From Deinococcus radiodurans R1 = ATCC 13939 = DSM 20539 (lineage in GTDB: Bacteria; Deinococcota; Deinococci; Deinococcales; Deinococcaceae): a DNA stretch of 26,695 bases. Made by a program: the position numbers and the translations under genes. Shown piece by piece: positions 9,306-18,195 of the stretch (positions are counted from its first letter, which is position 1; every line of letters starts with the position of its first letter). Below the pieces are notes generated by a model, which saw nothing but the letters and a program-made list of their open reading frames with translations, did no database searches and was not told the origin of the DNA. The DNA lies in the NCBI RefSeq assembly GCF_000008565.1, contig NC_001263.1:1380175-1406869 (forward strand), in the 5' to 3' direction.

Positions 9306-9905
9306 TCAGAGCGCGTTGTGCTTCGCCTGAATGGTGCCTTTTTTGGCGTCCACGACCACGCTGCCGAAAGGCTGAGCGGCCCCGCTGTCCTTGAAGGTCA
9401 CCGTCACCGGCTTTTTCACGTCGTAGCGGGCGCTCTGGAGCTGGGCGTTCTTGAAGACCCAACCGCTCAGCCCCGGCTGGCTGAAGGTGGCCGAGGCGTC
9501 GCCGATGGAGTCTTTCATGTCGGCCAGCATCGCCTTGGTGGGCACGGTCTTGTCGCTGCTGTCGACGATGCTCAGGACGCCGGGTTTGCTGAAATCGACG
9601 ACATACAGGCCCCACACCTGCGCGAAGGCGCTGCCCTGCGGAAAGATGCTGAGGGCTTCGGTCAGGGTCTTGCCCGCCACCTTGAGCGTCTTGCCGTCGT
9701 CCACCACACTGAGGGTGCCGCACTTGAAATTCAGCGGGGTATTGAAGCTGACCGTTTTGCCCTTTACCTGCACGGTGAGGGTGCCGCCGTCGTCAAGACG
9801 CACAGTGTTGCATTGGGCGCCCGCCACCTGGGTCGGGGCCGCCTGAACAGAGGACAGCGCCAGGAGACCGGTCAGGCTAAGCAGCAGAGAAAAAGAAAAT
9901 CGCAT
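9306..9905 (-). CDS. Secreted hypothetical protein
   Basis: 199 aa with the signal peptide MRFSFSLLLSLTGLLALSSVQA-AP. The mature part is beta-strand-rich. No family recognised. Confidence 0.7.
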   Translation of the reverse strand: MRFSFSLLLSLTGLLALSSVQAAPTQVAGAQCNTVRLDDGGTLTVQVKGKTVSFNTPLNFKCGTLSVVDDGKTLKVAGKTLTEALSIFPQGSAFAQVWGLYVVDFSKPGVLSIVDSSDKTVPTKAMLADMKDSIGDASATFSQPGLSGWVFKNAQLQSARYDVKKPVTVTFKDSGAAQPFGSVVVDAKKGTIQAKHNAL

Positions 9906-10011
9906 AGAGGGGGACTATAGGCGCCCGCTTGCCGAGCCGTCCCTTCCCTGAGGACAGCCCGGTGCAGCGAGGGCGTTGGCTGAATGTCAGCTTGACTGAC
10001 GTTGACCCGGT

Positions 10012-10563
10012 TCAAGCCTGAGCAAACTCGGTGCGGAAGCCGACTTCGAGGAGCTGCTGAATGAGTTCGCCCAACCGCTCGGCATCGAGGTCCGGGTTCT
10101 GCAAGATGGCCGTCGCCACCGAGAACAGCATGACGCGGGTGAGCAGCACCATCTTCGGCGCCCCGATCAGCTGCTCGGTGTTGCGTGTGCGTTCGTCCAT
10201 GCGGGCCATGACGCGCGCCCGGGTGGCCTGAAACAGTGGGCCGCCGCCACTTTGCAACAGCAGCAGCAGGTCACGCTGGGTCAGGAGCACCTCGAACGTC
10301 AGCCGCGCGTCGGGCCGCTTGACTTCAGCGAAGCGGCGGTCGAGTTCCGCGAAATACTGCGCGGTCAGGCGTTCGAGCAGCGTGTCGAGAATGGCCTCGG
10401 TGGAGGGAAAATAGGTGTAGACGTTGGGCCGCGAGGTGCCGATGGCGGCGGCGATCTCGCGGGGACTGACCTGGGCAAAGCCCTGCTCGATGAAGAGGCC
10501 GAGGGCGGTGTCGAGGATTTGCTCCCGACGGGTGTCGGAAGAGAGGCGTTGGCGTGGAGACAT
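10012..10563 (-). CDS. TetR/AcrR family transcriptional regulator (paralog of 6069..6641)
   Basis: HTH: REQILDTALGLFIEQGFAQVSPREIAAAIGTSRPNVYTYF. I prefer the ATG at 10563 (MSPRQR...) over the track start at 10602. Confidence 0.85.
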   Translation of the reverse strand: MSPRQRLSSDTRREQILDTALGLFIEQGFAQVSPREIAAAIGTSRPNVYTYFPSTEAILDTLLERLTAQYFAELDRRFAEVKRPDARLTFEVLLTQRDLLLLLQSGGGPLFQATRARVMARMDERTRNTEQLIGAPKMVLLTRVMLFSVATAILQNPDLDAERLGELIQQLLEVGFRTEFAQA

Positions 10564-10742
10564 GGGCGCAGAGTATAAGCGTGCCCCGGCCCGCTGCGGC
10601 AAGAGCGGGCCGGAGTCGAAGGCAGGGGCACGGACCCTGCAATTATCCTAAGACGTCTTTTCGTTGGCCCGGCGTACTTTCCTAAGATGGTCAGGTCCCA
10701 AAGTTCACGAATGTGACTCCGCACCGGCCTAGGGTGCGAGGC

Positions 10743-11234
10743 ATGAAAAAAGTCCTGGCTCTGGGCCTGCTGCTCGCTACCGCTTCTGCTTCCGCCGCTG
10801 GTCTGACCGGCACCGATACGGCGTTCCTGGCAAAGGCGGTGCGCGGCAACAACTTCGAAATTGAAGCCGCTAAGCTCGCGCTGAAGATGTCGCGTTCGGA
10901 GTTCAACCGCACCTACGCCCGCCAGATGATCGCCGACCACACCATGCTGGGCGCGCAGGTCAAAACCGCCGTCATGAACGCCGCTCCGGGCATGCAGCTA
11001 CCGACGACGGTCACCTACAAGCAGTGGGACATGCTGCAAGCGCTCAAGGCGTCGGGCCGCGGTTTCGACAATCTCTACCGCCGCCAGATGATCAGCAGCC
11101 ACCGCGAAACCTATAACCTGTTCAACGCCTACAGCCACTCGCAGAACGCCAACAGAGGGCTGCAACAGGTCATCGTGGCCGCCAAGCCCAAGGTGCATAT
11201 GCACTGGAACCACGCGTTCAACCTCGCTCAGTAA
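10743..11234 (+). CDS. Exported DUF4142-like protein (four-helix, ferritin-like putative outer-membrane/periplasmic protein)
   Basis: Signal peptide MKKVLALGLLLATASASA. Two repeats of the pattern ...FEIEAAKLAL...YARQMIADH... / ...FDNLYRRQMISSHRE... are typical of DUF4142 as I recall it. Start taken at the ATG at 10743. Confidence 0.7.
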   Translation: MKKVLALGLLLATASASAAGLTGTDTAFLAKAVRGNNFEIEAAKLALKMSRSEFNRTYARQMIADHTMLGAQVKTAVMNAAPGMQLPTTVTYKQWDMLQALKASGRGFDNLYRRQMISSHRETYNLFNAYSHSQNANRGLQQVIVAAKPKVHMHWNHAFNLAQ

Positions 11235-11260
11235 AGCAACGAATTAGAGCAAAATCATGA

Positions 11261-11292
11261 CCCTGTGCCTGCCACGCACGGGGTTTTGTTTG
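11261..11292 (+). terminator. Rho-independent terminator after the DUF4142 gene
   Basis: CCCTGTGC (11261-11268) pairs with GCACGGGG (11276-11283) with one G.U pair, followed by TTTTGTTTGG. Confidence 0.7.
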
Positions 11293-11592
11293 GCGTGCCG
11301 TTTATGGTTTTCCGGTCAGCGGCACTGGGCAGCCAGCCACTTGCAGCGGCGTAAAGTCAGCCAGAACCGCCATCAGGCGAAGCTGCCCCAGAACCTTCAG
11401 GAGCCTCAGGGCCTCTCCCCACCGTTGGCCGCTTCGCACTGCTCCTGTCTGTTGCAAAGGGAACCACTTTCACTGGATTTGGGCCGCCCCTGCTGGTCGC
11501 CCGACCCTCCATCGACGCGACCGGGCCTGAACATCCCTTAAACTGCTGAGGTTGCCGTGTCCGAGTGACGCGCAGAAAGAGGAGGAAACATC

Positions 11593-12690
<1,098 letters not shown>

Positions 12691-12702
12691 ACGGATCCAA
12701 AA

Positions 12703-12740
12703 AGAGCGCCCCGGTCACTGCCGAGGCGCTTCTTTTTTTG
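12703..12740. terminator. Bidirectional terminator between convergent ychF and the amidase gene
   Basis: AGAGCGCC...GGCGCTT stem, flanked by AAAAA upstream and TTTTTTT downstream. Confidence 0.65.
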
Positions 12741-12753
12741 GCCGTCCGCCCGC

Positions 12754-13869
12754 TTATTTCAGGTGCAAGAACGCCAGAATCGCCTTTGCGATGCCCCGCG
12801 CCACCCGTTCCTGATAGGCCTTGTTGGCGAGCAACGGGCCTTCCTGGTCGCTGTCGCCGAAGCCGATTTCGGTCAGGATGGCGGCGGTATTGGGGTTGCG
12901 AATGACATAGAAGGTGTTGGTGTGCACGCCCCGGTTAGGAGCGCCGGTTTGCTGAAGCAGGCTCGCCTGCACCTTGCTCGCCAGGTCGCGTGAGAAGCTG
13001 ACCTTGGCCTGCGAGAGGATGTCGCCGAGCAGGTTCTGGGCGGTGCCCGCCGCCGTGCGCGTGAGTTCCTGGCCTATGCTGCCTGCACCGTTTTCCTGAA
13101 TGGCGAGAGCGCGTTTGTCGCTGCTGAGCGGCTGGCCGAAGTAATAGGTCTCCACGCCCCGCGAGCCTGGGCTGCCCGCATTGACGTGAATGCTGATATA
13201 GGCACTGACCGTGCCCGCCCGCGCCAGATTGGACCGGGCGTCGAGGTCGGCCCGCTTGTTATCGCTCAGGGACCGGTCGCTCGTGCGGGTCATGACCACG
13301 TCCACGCCTTTGCCGCGCAGCAGCTCACTGACACGCAGGCCCACCGCCAGCGTCACGTCCTTTTCGCGCAGGTGCTTGCTGACCATGCCGGGGTCTATCC
13401 CACCGTGTCCCGGGTCGATCACCACACGGGGCCGGGGAGTCGGTTTCGGTTTGGGCGCCGGCTTGGGTTTGGGGGCGGCCTTGACCACTGGTTTGGGGGC
13501 TGGTTTAGGCACGGCAACCTTTGACACGTCGATCACCAGCCGCTGCGGCAGGTTGCCCTGGCGGGGCACGATCTGAATCTGCGGGTTACCGTAGCCGGGC
13601 GCGAACGTCACGTTGACCGCGCTGCCCGCCGTCGCGTAGGCCACCACGCCCGGAACCTGAAAGCTGCCGCGCTCGGCCCGCAGCAGGGTGTTGAGCCGCA
13701 GGGTGAGGTAGGGCAACGTCACTTTCTTGCTCTGCACCCGGATAGGCTGCATACCCGGCAGGTCGAACACCACCCGGGTGTACCCAGGATGACTGCCCAC
13801 CCGGGGCGCCGCGCAGGCGAGCGAGGACCACAGGGCGAGCACCACGAACAGAAAAAAGCGCCACTTCAC
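12754..13869 (-). CDS. N-acetylmuramoyl-L-alanine amidase (Amidase_3) with an N-terminal AMIN domain and a Pro/Lys linker
   Basis: Signal peptide, then an AMIN-like block (YTRVVFDLPG...LVIDV), the linker PKPAPKPVVKAAPKPKPAPKPKPTPRP, and a catalytic domain VVIDPGHGGIDPG...SIHVNA... Confidence 0.88.
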   Translation of the reverse strand: MKWRFFLFVVLALWSSLACAAPRVGSHPGYTRVVFDLPGMQPIRVQSKKVTLPYLTLRLNTLLRAERGSFQVPGVVAYATAGSAVNVTFAPGYGNPQIQIVPRQGNLPQRLVIDVSKVAVPKPAPKPVVKAAPKPKPAPKPKPTPRPRVVIDPGHGGIDPGMVSKHLREKDVTLAVGLRVSELLRGKGVDVVMTRTSDRSLSDNKRADLDARSNLARAGTVSAYISIHVNAGSPGSRGVETYYFGQPLSSDKRALAIQENGAGSIGQELTRTAAGTAQNLLGDILSQAKVSFSRDLASKVQASLLQQTGAPNRGVHTNTFYVIRNPNTAAILTEIGFGDSDQEGPLLANKAYQERVARGIAKAILAFLHLK

Positions 13870-14043
13870 AACGGGGCCGAGTCTAAACGTTTCCTCAGGC
13901 CGGCGGGTAGGAGCTTTCTGGGAGATGGGTCCACCAGATGAGGACGTGGCGCGGCTGGCCGCTTCCCAGCAGCACCGCGCAAGCTGAAGCGCAGCTGACC
14001 CGGCCCCTCACGCCCCTCAGCCGGGAGGCCCTAAGGTGAGGGG

Positions 14044-14697
14044 ATGAAGCTCGTTTCTGCCCGTTTTTCCCGTCTACTTGCCGTGACGGCGCTGGCCCTG
14101 GGCACGCTGCCCGCGAGCGCCGTGACCTTCGGCGGCCTGAACGTGACCCCGCGCGGCGCTCAGAATCTCAATCTGGACACCGGCGCCACCGACATGCCCC
14201 AGGGCGGCACCGTGACCGACCCCAAGGGCGGCCTGACCATGACCGCCGCCCGCTTGCAACTCAAGCCCAACGAGTTGCTTCAGGCGCAAGGGGCGACGGT
14301 CAAGACCAAGTTCGGCGGCACCCTCACCGCCAATCAGGTGAGCTACGACCTGAAAAGTGGCGTGGTGACCGCGTCGGGCAACGTGAGCTACTCCGACGCC
14401 CGCATGAAAAACGTGCAGGCCGCGCAGGTGACCGTGTATGTCAGCAGCGGCTTCGTGGTCGCGCAGGGCGGCGTGCGGGCCAGTGCGCCCACCCTCAACG
14501 GCGCCGCGCTCGTCTTCGACCCCAACACCATGCAGGCGGTCATCAGCGGGCCGTATGCCCTGAGCACCCGCCTGGGCCAGAGCCGTGGGCAGGCCGGCGA
14601 CCGACTGCTGCTCACCTTCGCCGGCAACACGCTGACGAACGCGACAGGCAAGCCCACGCCGAACGACCTGACGCGCTTTAGCCCCTATCTGAAGTAA
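14044..14697 (+). CDS. Secreted hypothetical protein (possibly OstA/LptA-like beta-jellyroll)
   Basis: Signal peptide MKLVSARFSRLLAVTALALGTLPASA. It has repeated beta-strand segments and ANQVSYDLKSGVVTASGNVSY, which is reminiscent of OstA_N. The family call is tentative. Confidence 0.6.
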   Translation: MKLVSARFSRLLAVTALALGTLPASAVTFGGLNVTPRGAQNLNLDTGATDMPQGGTVTDPKGGLTMTAARLQLKPNELLQAQGATVKTKFGGTLTANQVSYDLKSGVVTASGNVSYSDARMKNVQAAQVTVYVSSGFVVAQGGVRASAPTLNGAALVFDPNTMQAVISGPYALSTRLGQSRGQAGDRLLLTFAGNTLTNATGKPTPNDLTRFSPYLK

Positions 14698-14800
14698 GAC
14701 TGCAATTGAATCCCCCGGTTACGGGATTCAATCCGAACGGAGTGAGAAGCAGCCCAGACGGTTTTCGGGAATTGGACGAAATCCATCTCAACCCCCGATG
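14698..14800 (+). repeat. Deinococcus-type small non-coding mosaic repeat, copy A
   Basis: A perfect 10-bp hairpin (ATTGAATCCC 14705-14714 / GGGATTCAAT 14723-14732) is followed by ATCCGAACGGAGTGAGAAG. The same hairpin-plus-ATCCGA(A/C)C(G/A)GAG(T/G)GA module recurs at 21733.. (+) and 16385..16440 (-). Confidence 0.7.
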
Positions 14801-14801
14801 A

Positions 14802-14843
14802 CACACCGCCCGCGCCCGCGAATGAGCCAGCGCGGGCGGTGTG
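14802..14843 (+). terminator. 14-bp GC-rich hairpin downstream of the 14044..14697 gene (terminator, or part of the repeat)
   Basis: CACACCGCCCGCGC (14802-14815) pairs perfectly with GCGCGGGCGGTGTG (14830-14843), with a 14-nt loop. Only a weak T-run (ATTGTTGT) follows. Confidence 0.5.
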
Positions 14844-14879
14844 ATTGTTGTCATCCCCCCGCCGCTACACTCCGGGCCA

Positions 14880-15500
14880 ATGATCGACCTGCTGCGAGTG
14901 CTGCTGCCCCGCGCCTGCCCCGGCTGCGGCGCCCAGCTGGGCCGCGCCGCCGGGCTGTGTGACCGCTGCCGCGCGGAGCTTCGACCCCGGGTGGAGCGGC
15001 ACTCGCCCCTCTCGGCGCAGGCCACGCCGCATCTGGTCACGCTGGGGCGGTACCAGGGCGTCCCCCGCCGGGCGGTACGGGCGCTGAAATACGGCGGGGC
15101 GCGGGACGTGGCCGGGCCGCTGGGGCGGGCGCTCGCAGCGGGGGTTCCGGCGAGCTGGCAAATAGCCGCTGTGGTGCCGGTGCCGCTGCATCCTTCGCGC
15201 CAGCGTGAGCGCGGGTACAACCAGGCCGAGTTGCTGGCGCAGGCGATGGCCGCTGAGCTGGGGGTGCCTTGCCTGCCGCTCCTCACCCGCACCCGCGCCA
15301 CCGCTCAGCAGGCCAAGTTGCACGCCAGCGAGCGCAGCAGCAATCTGGCGGGGGCTTTCGCGGTGCGCGGCGCCGTGCCGCCAGGCACCCTCCTCATTCT
15401 GGACGATGTGCTGACGACCGGCAGCACGCTCCTGGCCTGCCGGGACGCCCTGCACGCGGCGGGCGTGACCGACCTGAAATACGCGGCGGTAGCGCGCTAA
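14880..15500 (+). CDS. comF: ComF family protein (ComFC-type phosphoribosyltransferase-fold competence protein)
   Basis: N-terminal double CxxC (CPGCG...CDRC) and the PRT motif LILDDVLTTGSTL. I prefer the ATG at 14880 (MIDLLRV...) over the GTG at 14841. Confidence 0.85.
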   Translation: MIDLLRVLLPRACPGCGAQLGRAAGLCDRCRAELRPRVERHSPLSAQATPHLVTLGRYQGVPRRAVRALKYGGARDVAGPLGRALAAGVPASWQIAAVVPVPLHPSRQRERGYNQAELLAQAMAAELGVPCLPLLTRTRATAQQAKLHASERSSNLAGAFAVRGAVPPGTLLILDDVLTTGSTLLACRDALHAAGVTDLKYAAVAR

Positions 15501-15510
15501 GTCTGCCTGT

Positions 15511-16059
15511 TCAGGGCAGCTTTTCGCCTGCTTCCACCGCCACCGGCAGCACATTGCCAGCAGGCGGCAGCGGGCAGGTCCAGCCGTCGCCGTAAGCGCA
15601 GTAGGGGTGGTAGGCGAGGTTGAAATCGAGTTCGACCCAGGTTTCGCCATCATCGCGGCGCAGTGGCGCATCAATGTAGCGGCCCGCACCGTAAGTCGCC
15701 TGCCCACTGGTCGCGTCTCGGAAGGGGATGAAAGCCCGCGCCGGCTGGTCTTCGCCGAGCGGTGCAAACACGGTCAAGCGTTGCTCGCCCCCTGGCAGCG
15801 GGACTGCGACCTCGCCCAGCCGGGCCATAGAACGCGGGGTGCCCGTATTGGTATCGAGCAGAAACTCGGCGGCAGCAGCGTCACCCTGAGTGTCCTCCAG
15901 CGGCAGCACGAAGCGCCAGGCCGGGTCGGGAGGATAGTAGCTCAGCCCCTGGAAATCAGCCAGAGCATCCAGCGCGATGGGCCCGCGTCCGGCAGCGAAA
16001 TGCTCGTCCTTGCGGCGGCGAAAATCGGCCAGGGCGTCGGCGTAGGCCGCGTCGGTCAC
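15511..16059 (-). CDS. DUF1684 domain protein
   Basis: 182 aa. The pattern FRRRKDEHFA...GLSYYPPDPAWRF...RDATSGQATYGAGRY...DFNLAYHPYCAY matches my recollection of DUF1684. Confidence 0.7.
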   Translation of the reverse strand: MTDAAYADALADFRRRKDEHFAAGRGPIALDALADFQGLSYYPPDPAWRFVLPLEDTQGDAAAAEFLLDTNTGTPRSMARLGEVAVPLPGGEQRLTVFAPLGEDQPARAFIPFRDATSGQATYGAGRYIDAPLRRDDGETWVELDFNLAYHPYCAYGDGWTCPLPPAGNVLPVAVEAGEKLP

Positions 16060-16277
16060 CAGTCCACCTTCAGGCGGTGCCCGGCGTACTCCACCACGTC
16101 GCCCCGGCGCAGTTTCTTGCGGCGGCGGGTCTCGATTTCGCCGTTGACGCGCACTTCGCCGCCCTGCACGCGGAATTTAGCTTCGCCGCCGGTTTCGACG
16201 ACGCCCTGAAGTTTCAAAAAGTCCTGCAAGTCGATGGTCTGCTGCGCGGCCTCACCCTGGGGAAAAGATCCTGTCAT
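16056..16277 (-). CDS. Small S4-domain RNA-binding protein (YbcJ-like, ribosome-associated)
   Basis: 73 aa starting at the ATG at 16277: IDLQDFLKLQGVVETGGEAKFRVQGGEVRVNGEIETRRRKKLRRGDVVEY. Its stop overlaps the downstream start (ATGA). The 136-aa track ORF extends into a repeat and is not credible. Confidence 0.8.
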   Translation of the reverse strand: MTGSFPQGEAAQQTIDLQDFLKLQGVVETGGEAKFRVQGGEVRVNGEIETRRRKKLRRGDVVEYAGHRLKVDW

Positions 16278-16294
16278 GGCGGCATGATGGCAGA

Positions 16295-16450
16295 TGGGCC
16301 GCTGTGGGGGGCGTGATACGGGCTGCGCTCCATTCCAGCACAGTCGGAAAAGCGCCGCCTGGGCTTCCATACCACGCAACCCGTCTCTTTTCTTATTCAC
16401 TCTGTTCGGATGGAACCCAAAACAACAGGACTTAATCGGAATTCGTCTGA
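16295..16450 (-). repeat. Deinococcus-type small non-coding mosaic repeat, copy C
   Basis: The minus strand reads GAATTCCGATTAAGTCCTGTTG....ATCCGAACAGAGTGAATAAG, aligning with 21731.. (+). Its other end (GGCGGCGCTTTTCCGACTGTGCTGGAATGGAGC) matches modules at 24810-24850 and 21860-21895. Confidence 0.7.
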
Positions 16451-16480
16451 GTGCAGGCTTCCTCACTTTTTGCGCCTAGA

Positions 16481-17425
16481 ATGCCCGCCATGACCGACCC
16501 CCTGAGCGGCTGGCAACCGGCCCCCGCAGGTTTTAAACATGTCGTGAGCGTGAGCCTGGGGAACTCCAAGCGCAACGCCCGCGAGGAAATCAACGTGCTG
16601 GGCCAGCCTTTCATCCTCGAACGCCTCGGCACAGACGGCGACAGTGCGCTCGCCGCGCGGCTGTTTCGTGAGCTCGACGGACGGGTGGACGCCTTCGGGC
16701 TCGGCGGCGCCGACCTGTACGTGATCGCGGGGAGACGGCGCTACACCTTCGGCAACGTCCGCAAGCTGGTGGCGAACGCCAAACTCACGCCGGTGCTCGA
16801 CGGCTCGGGGCTGAAAAATACCCTGGAACGCGAGGCGGTGGCGCAGCTCGACCCGCTGCTGAACTGGCGCACCCAGCGCGTGCTGATGGTGAGTGCGGTG
16901 GACCGTTTCGGCATGGCCGAGGCCCTCGCCGAACACGGCGCCGACGTGGTGTACGGCGACCTGATTTTCGGCCTGAACGTGGACCGGCCTATCCGCAACA
17001 TCGGCACGTTGCGCCGGGTCGCGCGGCTGGCGCTGCCCGTCATCACCACGCTGCCGCAGGACTGGTTTTACCCGACCGGCGAGAAGCAGGAGCAGAGCGT
17101 GGAAGGCAAGGGCACGCGCTACTACAGCTGGGCCGACGTGCTGGCGGGCGACACCCACTACGTCAAGCGCTACGCCCCGCGCGACCTGCGCGGCAAGACC
17201 GTGCTGACCCAGACCATCACCGAGGCTGACCGCACCTGGATGCAGGAACACGGCGTCGCCCGCCTGATCACGACCACCCCGCGCATGGGCAAACGCAACT
17301 TCGCCACCAACGTGCTGGAGGCCTTTTTCGTCGCCCTGAGCGGCAAGCGCGAGGCGCTGAGCGAGCAGGAGTATCTGGACTACATACGGCAGGTGGGGTT
17401 CAAACCGGAAATCAACGAGCTTTGA
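16481..17425 (+). CDS. Conserved hypothetical protein; I recall homologs being annotated 'quinate 5-dehydrogenase'-like, unverified. Start uncertain (16451/16481/16490).
   Basis: A long ORF with coding-like composition. The N-terminal block is VSVSLGNSKRNAREEINVLGQPFILERLGTDGDSALAARLFRELDGRVDAFGLGGADLY. Confidence 0.6.
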   Translation: MPAMTDPLSGWQPAPAGFKHVVSVSLGNSKRNAREEINVLGQPFILERLGTDGDSALAARLFRELDGRVDAFGLGGADLYVIAGRRRYTFGNVRKLVANAKLTPVLDGSGLKNTLEREAVAQLDPLLNWRTQRVLMVSAVDRFGMAEALAEHGADVVYGDLIFGLNVDRPIRNIGTLRRVARLALPVITTLPQDWFYPTGEKQEQSVEGKGTRYYSWADVLAGDTHYVKRYAPRDLRGKTVLTQTITEADRTWMQEHGVARLITTTPRMGKRNFATNVLEAFFVALSGKREALSEQEYLDYIRQVGFKPEINEL

Positions 17426-17436
17426 CGCAAAGGGAG

Positions 17437-17470
17437 AGGGGGAGCAGTCGAGTTGGTCCCTCCCCCTTTC
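17437..17470. terminator. Bidirectional hairpin between convergent genes
   Basis: AGGGGGAG (17437-17444) pairs with CTCCCCCT (17460-17467), followed by TTTC. An A-rich stretch lies on the other side. Confidence 0.55.
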
Positions 17471-17481
17471 TCCGCCCATCT

Positions 17482-18195
17482 CTACGGCGCTTGCCCCAGC
17501 ACGTCGTCCGCCTCGGTCGCTTCGAGCAGGGCTTCGAGGTGCGCCTCGTCGTTGAAGCCGAGCAGGGTGCCGCTGTGTTCGCCGAGCAGCACGCGGGTAA
17601 TCGACGTGTTGGTGACACTCAGGCGCGACCAGGCGTGGCCGGGAACGCCACCGAGCGCGAGTCCCACTGCCACCCGTACCACGCCGCCGTGGGTAAAGAC
17701 CAGCACCCGCCCCCCGGGATGCGCGGCCCGCAGCGCGTGAAAGGCCTCGCCGCAGCGCCCGAAAAGGTCGGCCATGCTCTCGCCGCCCGGGCGCTGGGTC
17801 GTCCAGGGGTCGGCCTGCAGCGCCGCGAGGTAGTCGGGATAGCGCTCGCGGATCTCAGTGACGACCAGCCCGGTCAGCTCGCCCACGTCGATTTCGCGCA
17901 GTTCGGGGCTCAGTTGCACCGGCGGCGCCCCGGCAAGGCGCTCGGCCACCGCCCCGGCGGTCTGGCGGGCGCGGGTCAGGTCGCTGGAGTACACCGCGTC
18001 GAAGACCTGCCCGGTCAGGCGCTCGGCGAGGCAGGCTGCCTGCAACAGGCCGACGGCGGACAGCGGCACGTCCGTCTGGCCCTGGTAGCGCCCCCCGGCG
18101 TTCCAGGTGCTCTCGCCGTGGCGCACGACCCAGAACTCGGTGGCGGTCGCGCGGTCGGGGGCCGAAAAACCGGTGGGAGCAAGGCGCTTGATCAA
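17482..18195 (-). CDS. Histidine phosphatase family protein (phosphoglycerate mutase / alpha-ribazole phosphatase-like)
   Basis: The RHG motif EFWVVRHGESTWNAGGRYQG and a later VFTHGG motif. The TTG start overlaps the purM stop (TTGA). Confidence 0.82.
   Translation of the reverse strand: MIKRLAPTGFSAPDRATATEFWVVRHGESTWNAGGRYQGQTDVPLSAVGLLQAACLAERLTGQVFDAVYSSDLTRARQTAGAVAERLAGAPPVQLSPELREIDVGELTGLVVTEIRERYPDYLAALQADPWTTQRPGGESMADLFGRCGEAFHALRAAHPGGRVLVFTHGGVVRVAVGLALGGVPGHAWSRLSVTNTSITRVLLGEHSGTLLGFNDEAHLEALLEATEADDVLGQAP

Noticed and set aside
11257-11541. A 94-aa ORF in the DUF4142-ychF intergenic region.
   Set aside because: It starts inside the terminator hairpin and lacks an RBS. Its Pro/Leu/Ser/Cys-rich composition is non-protein-like, and an equally long antisense ORF overlaps it.
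16278-16466. A 63-codon upstream extension of the S4-domain ORF (136-aa track ORF).
   Set aside because: The extension lies entirely within small non-coding repeat copy C and has a non-protein-like sequence. The S4 domain begins just after the internal ATG at 16277.
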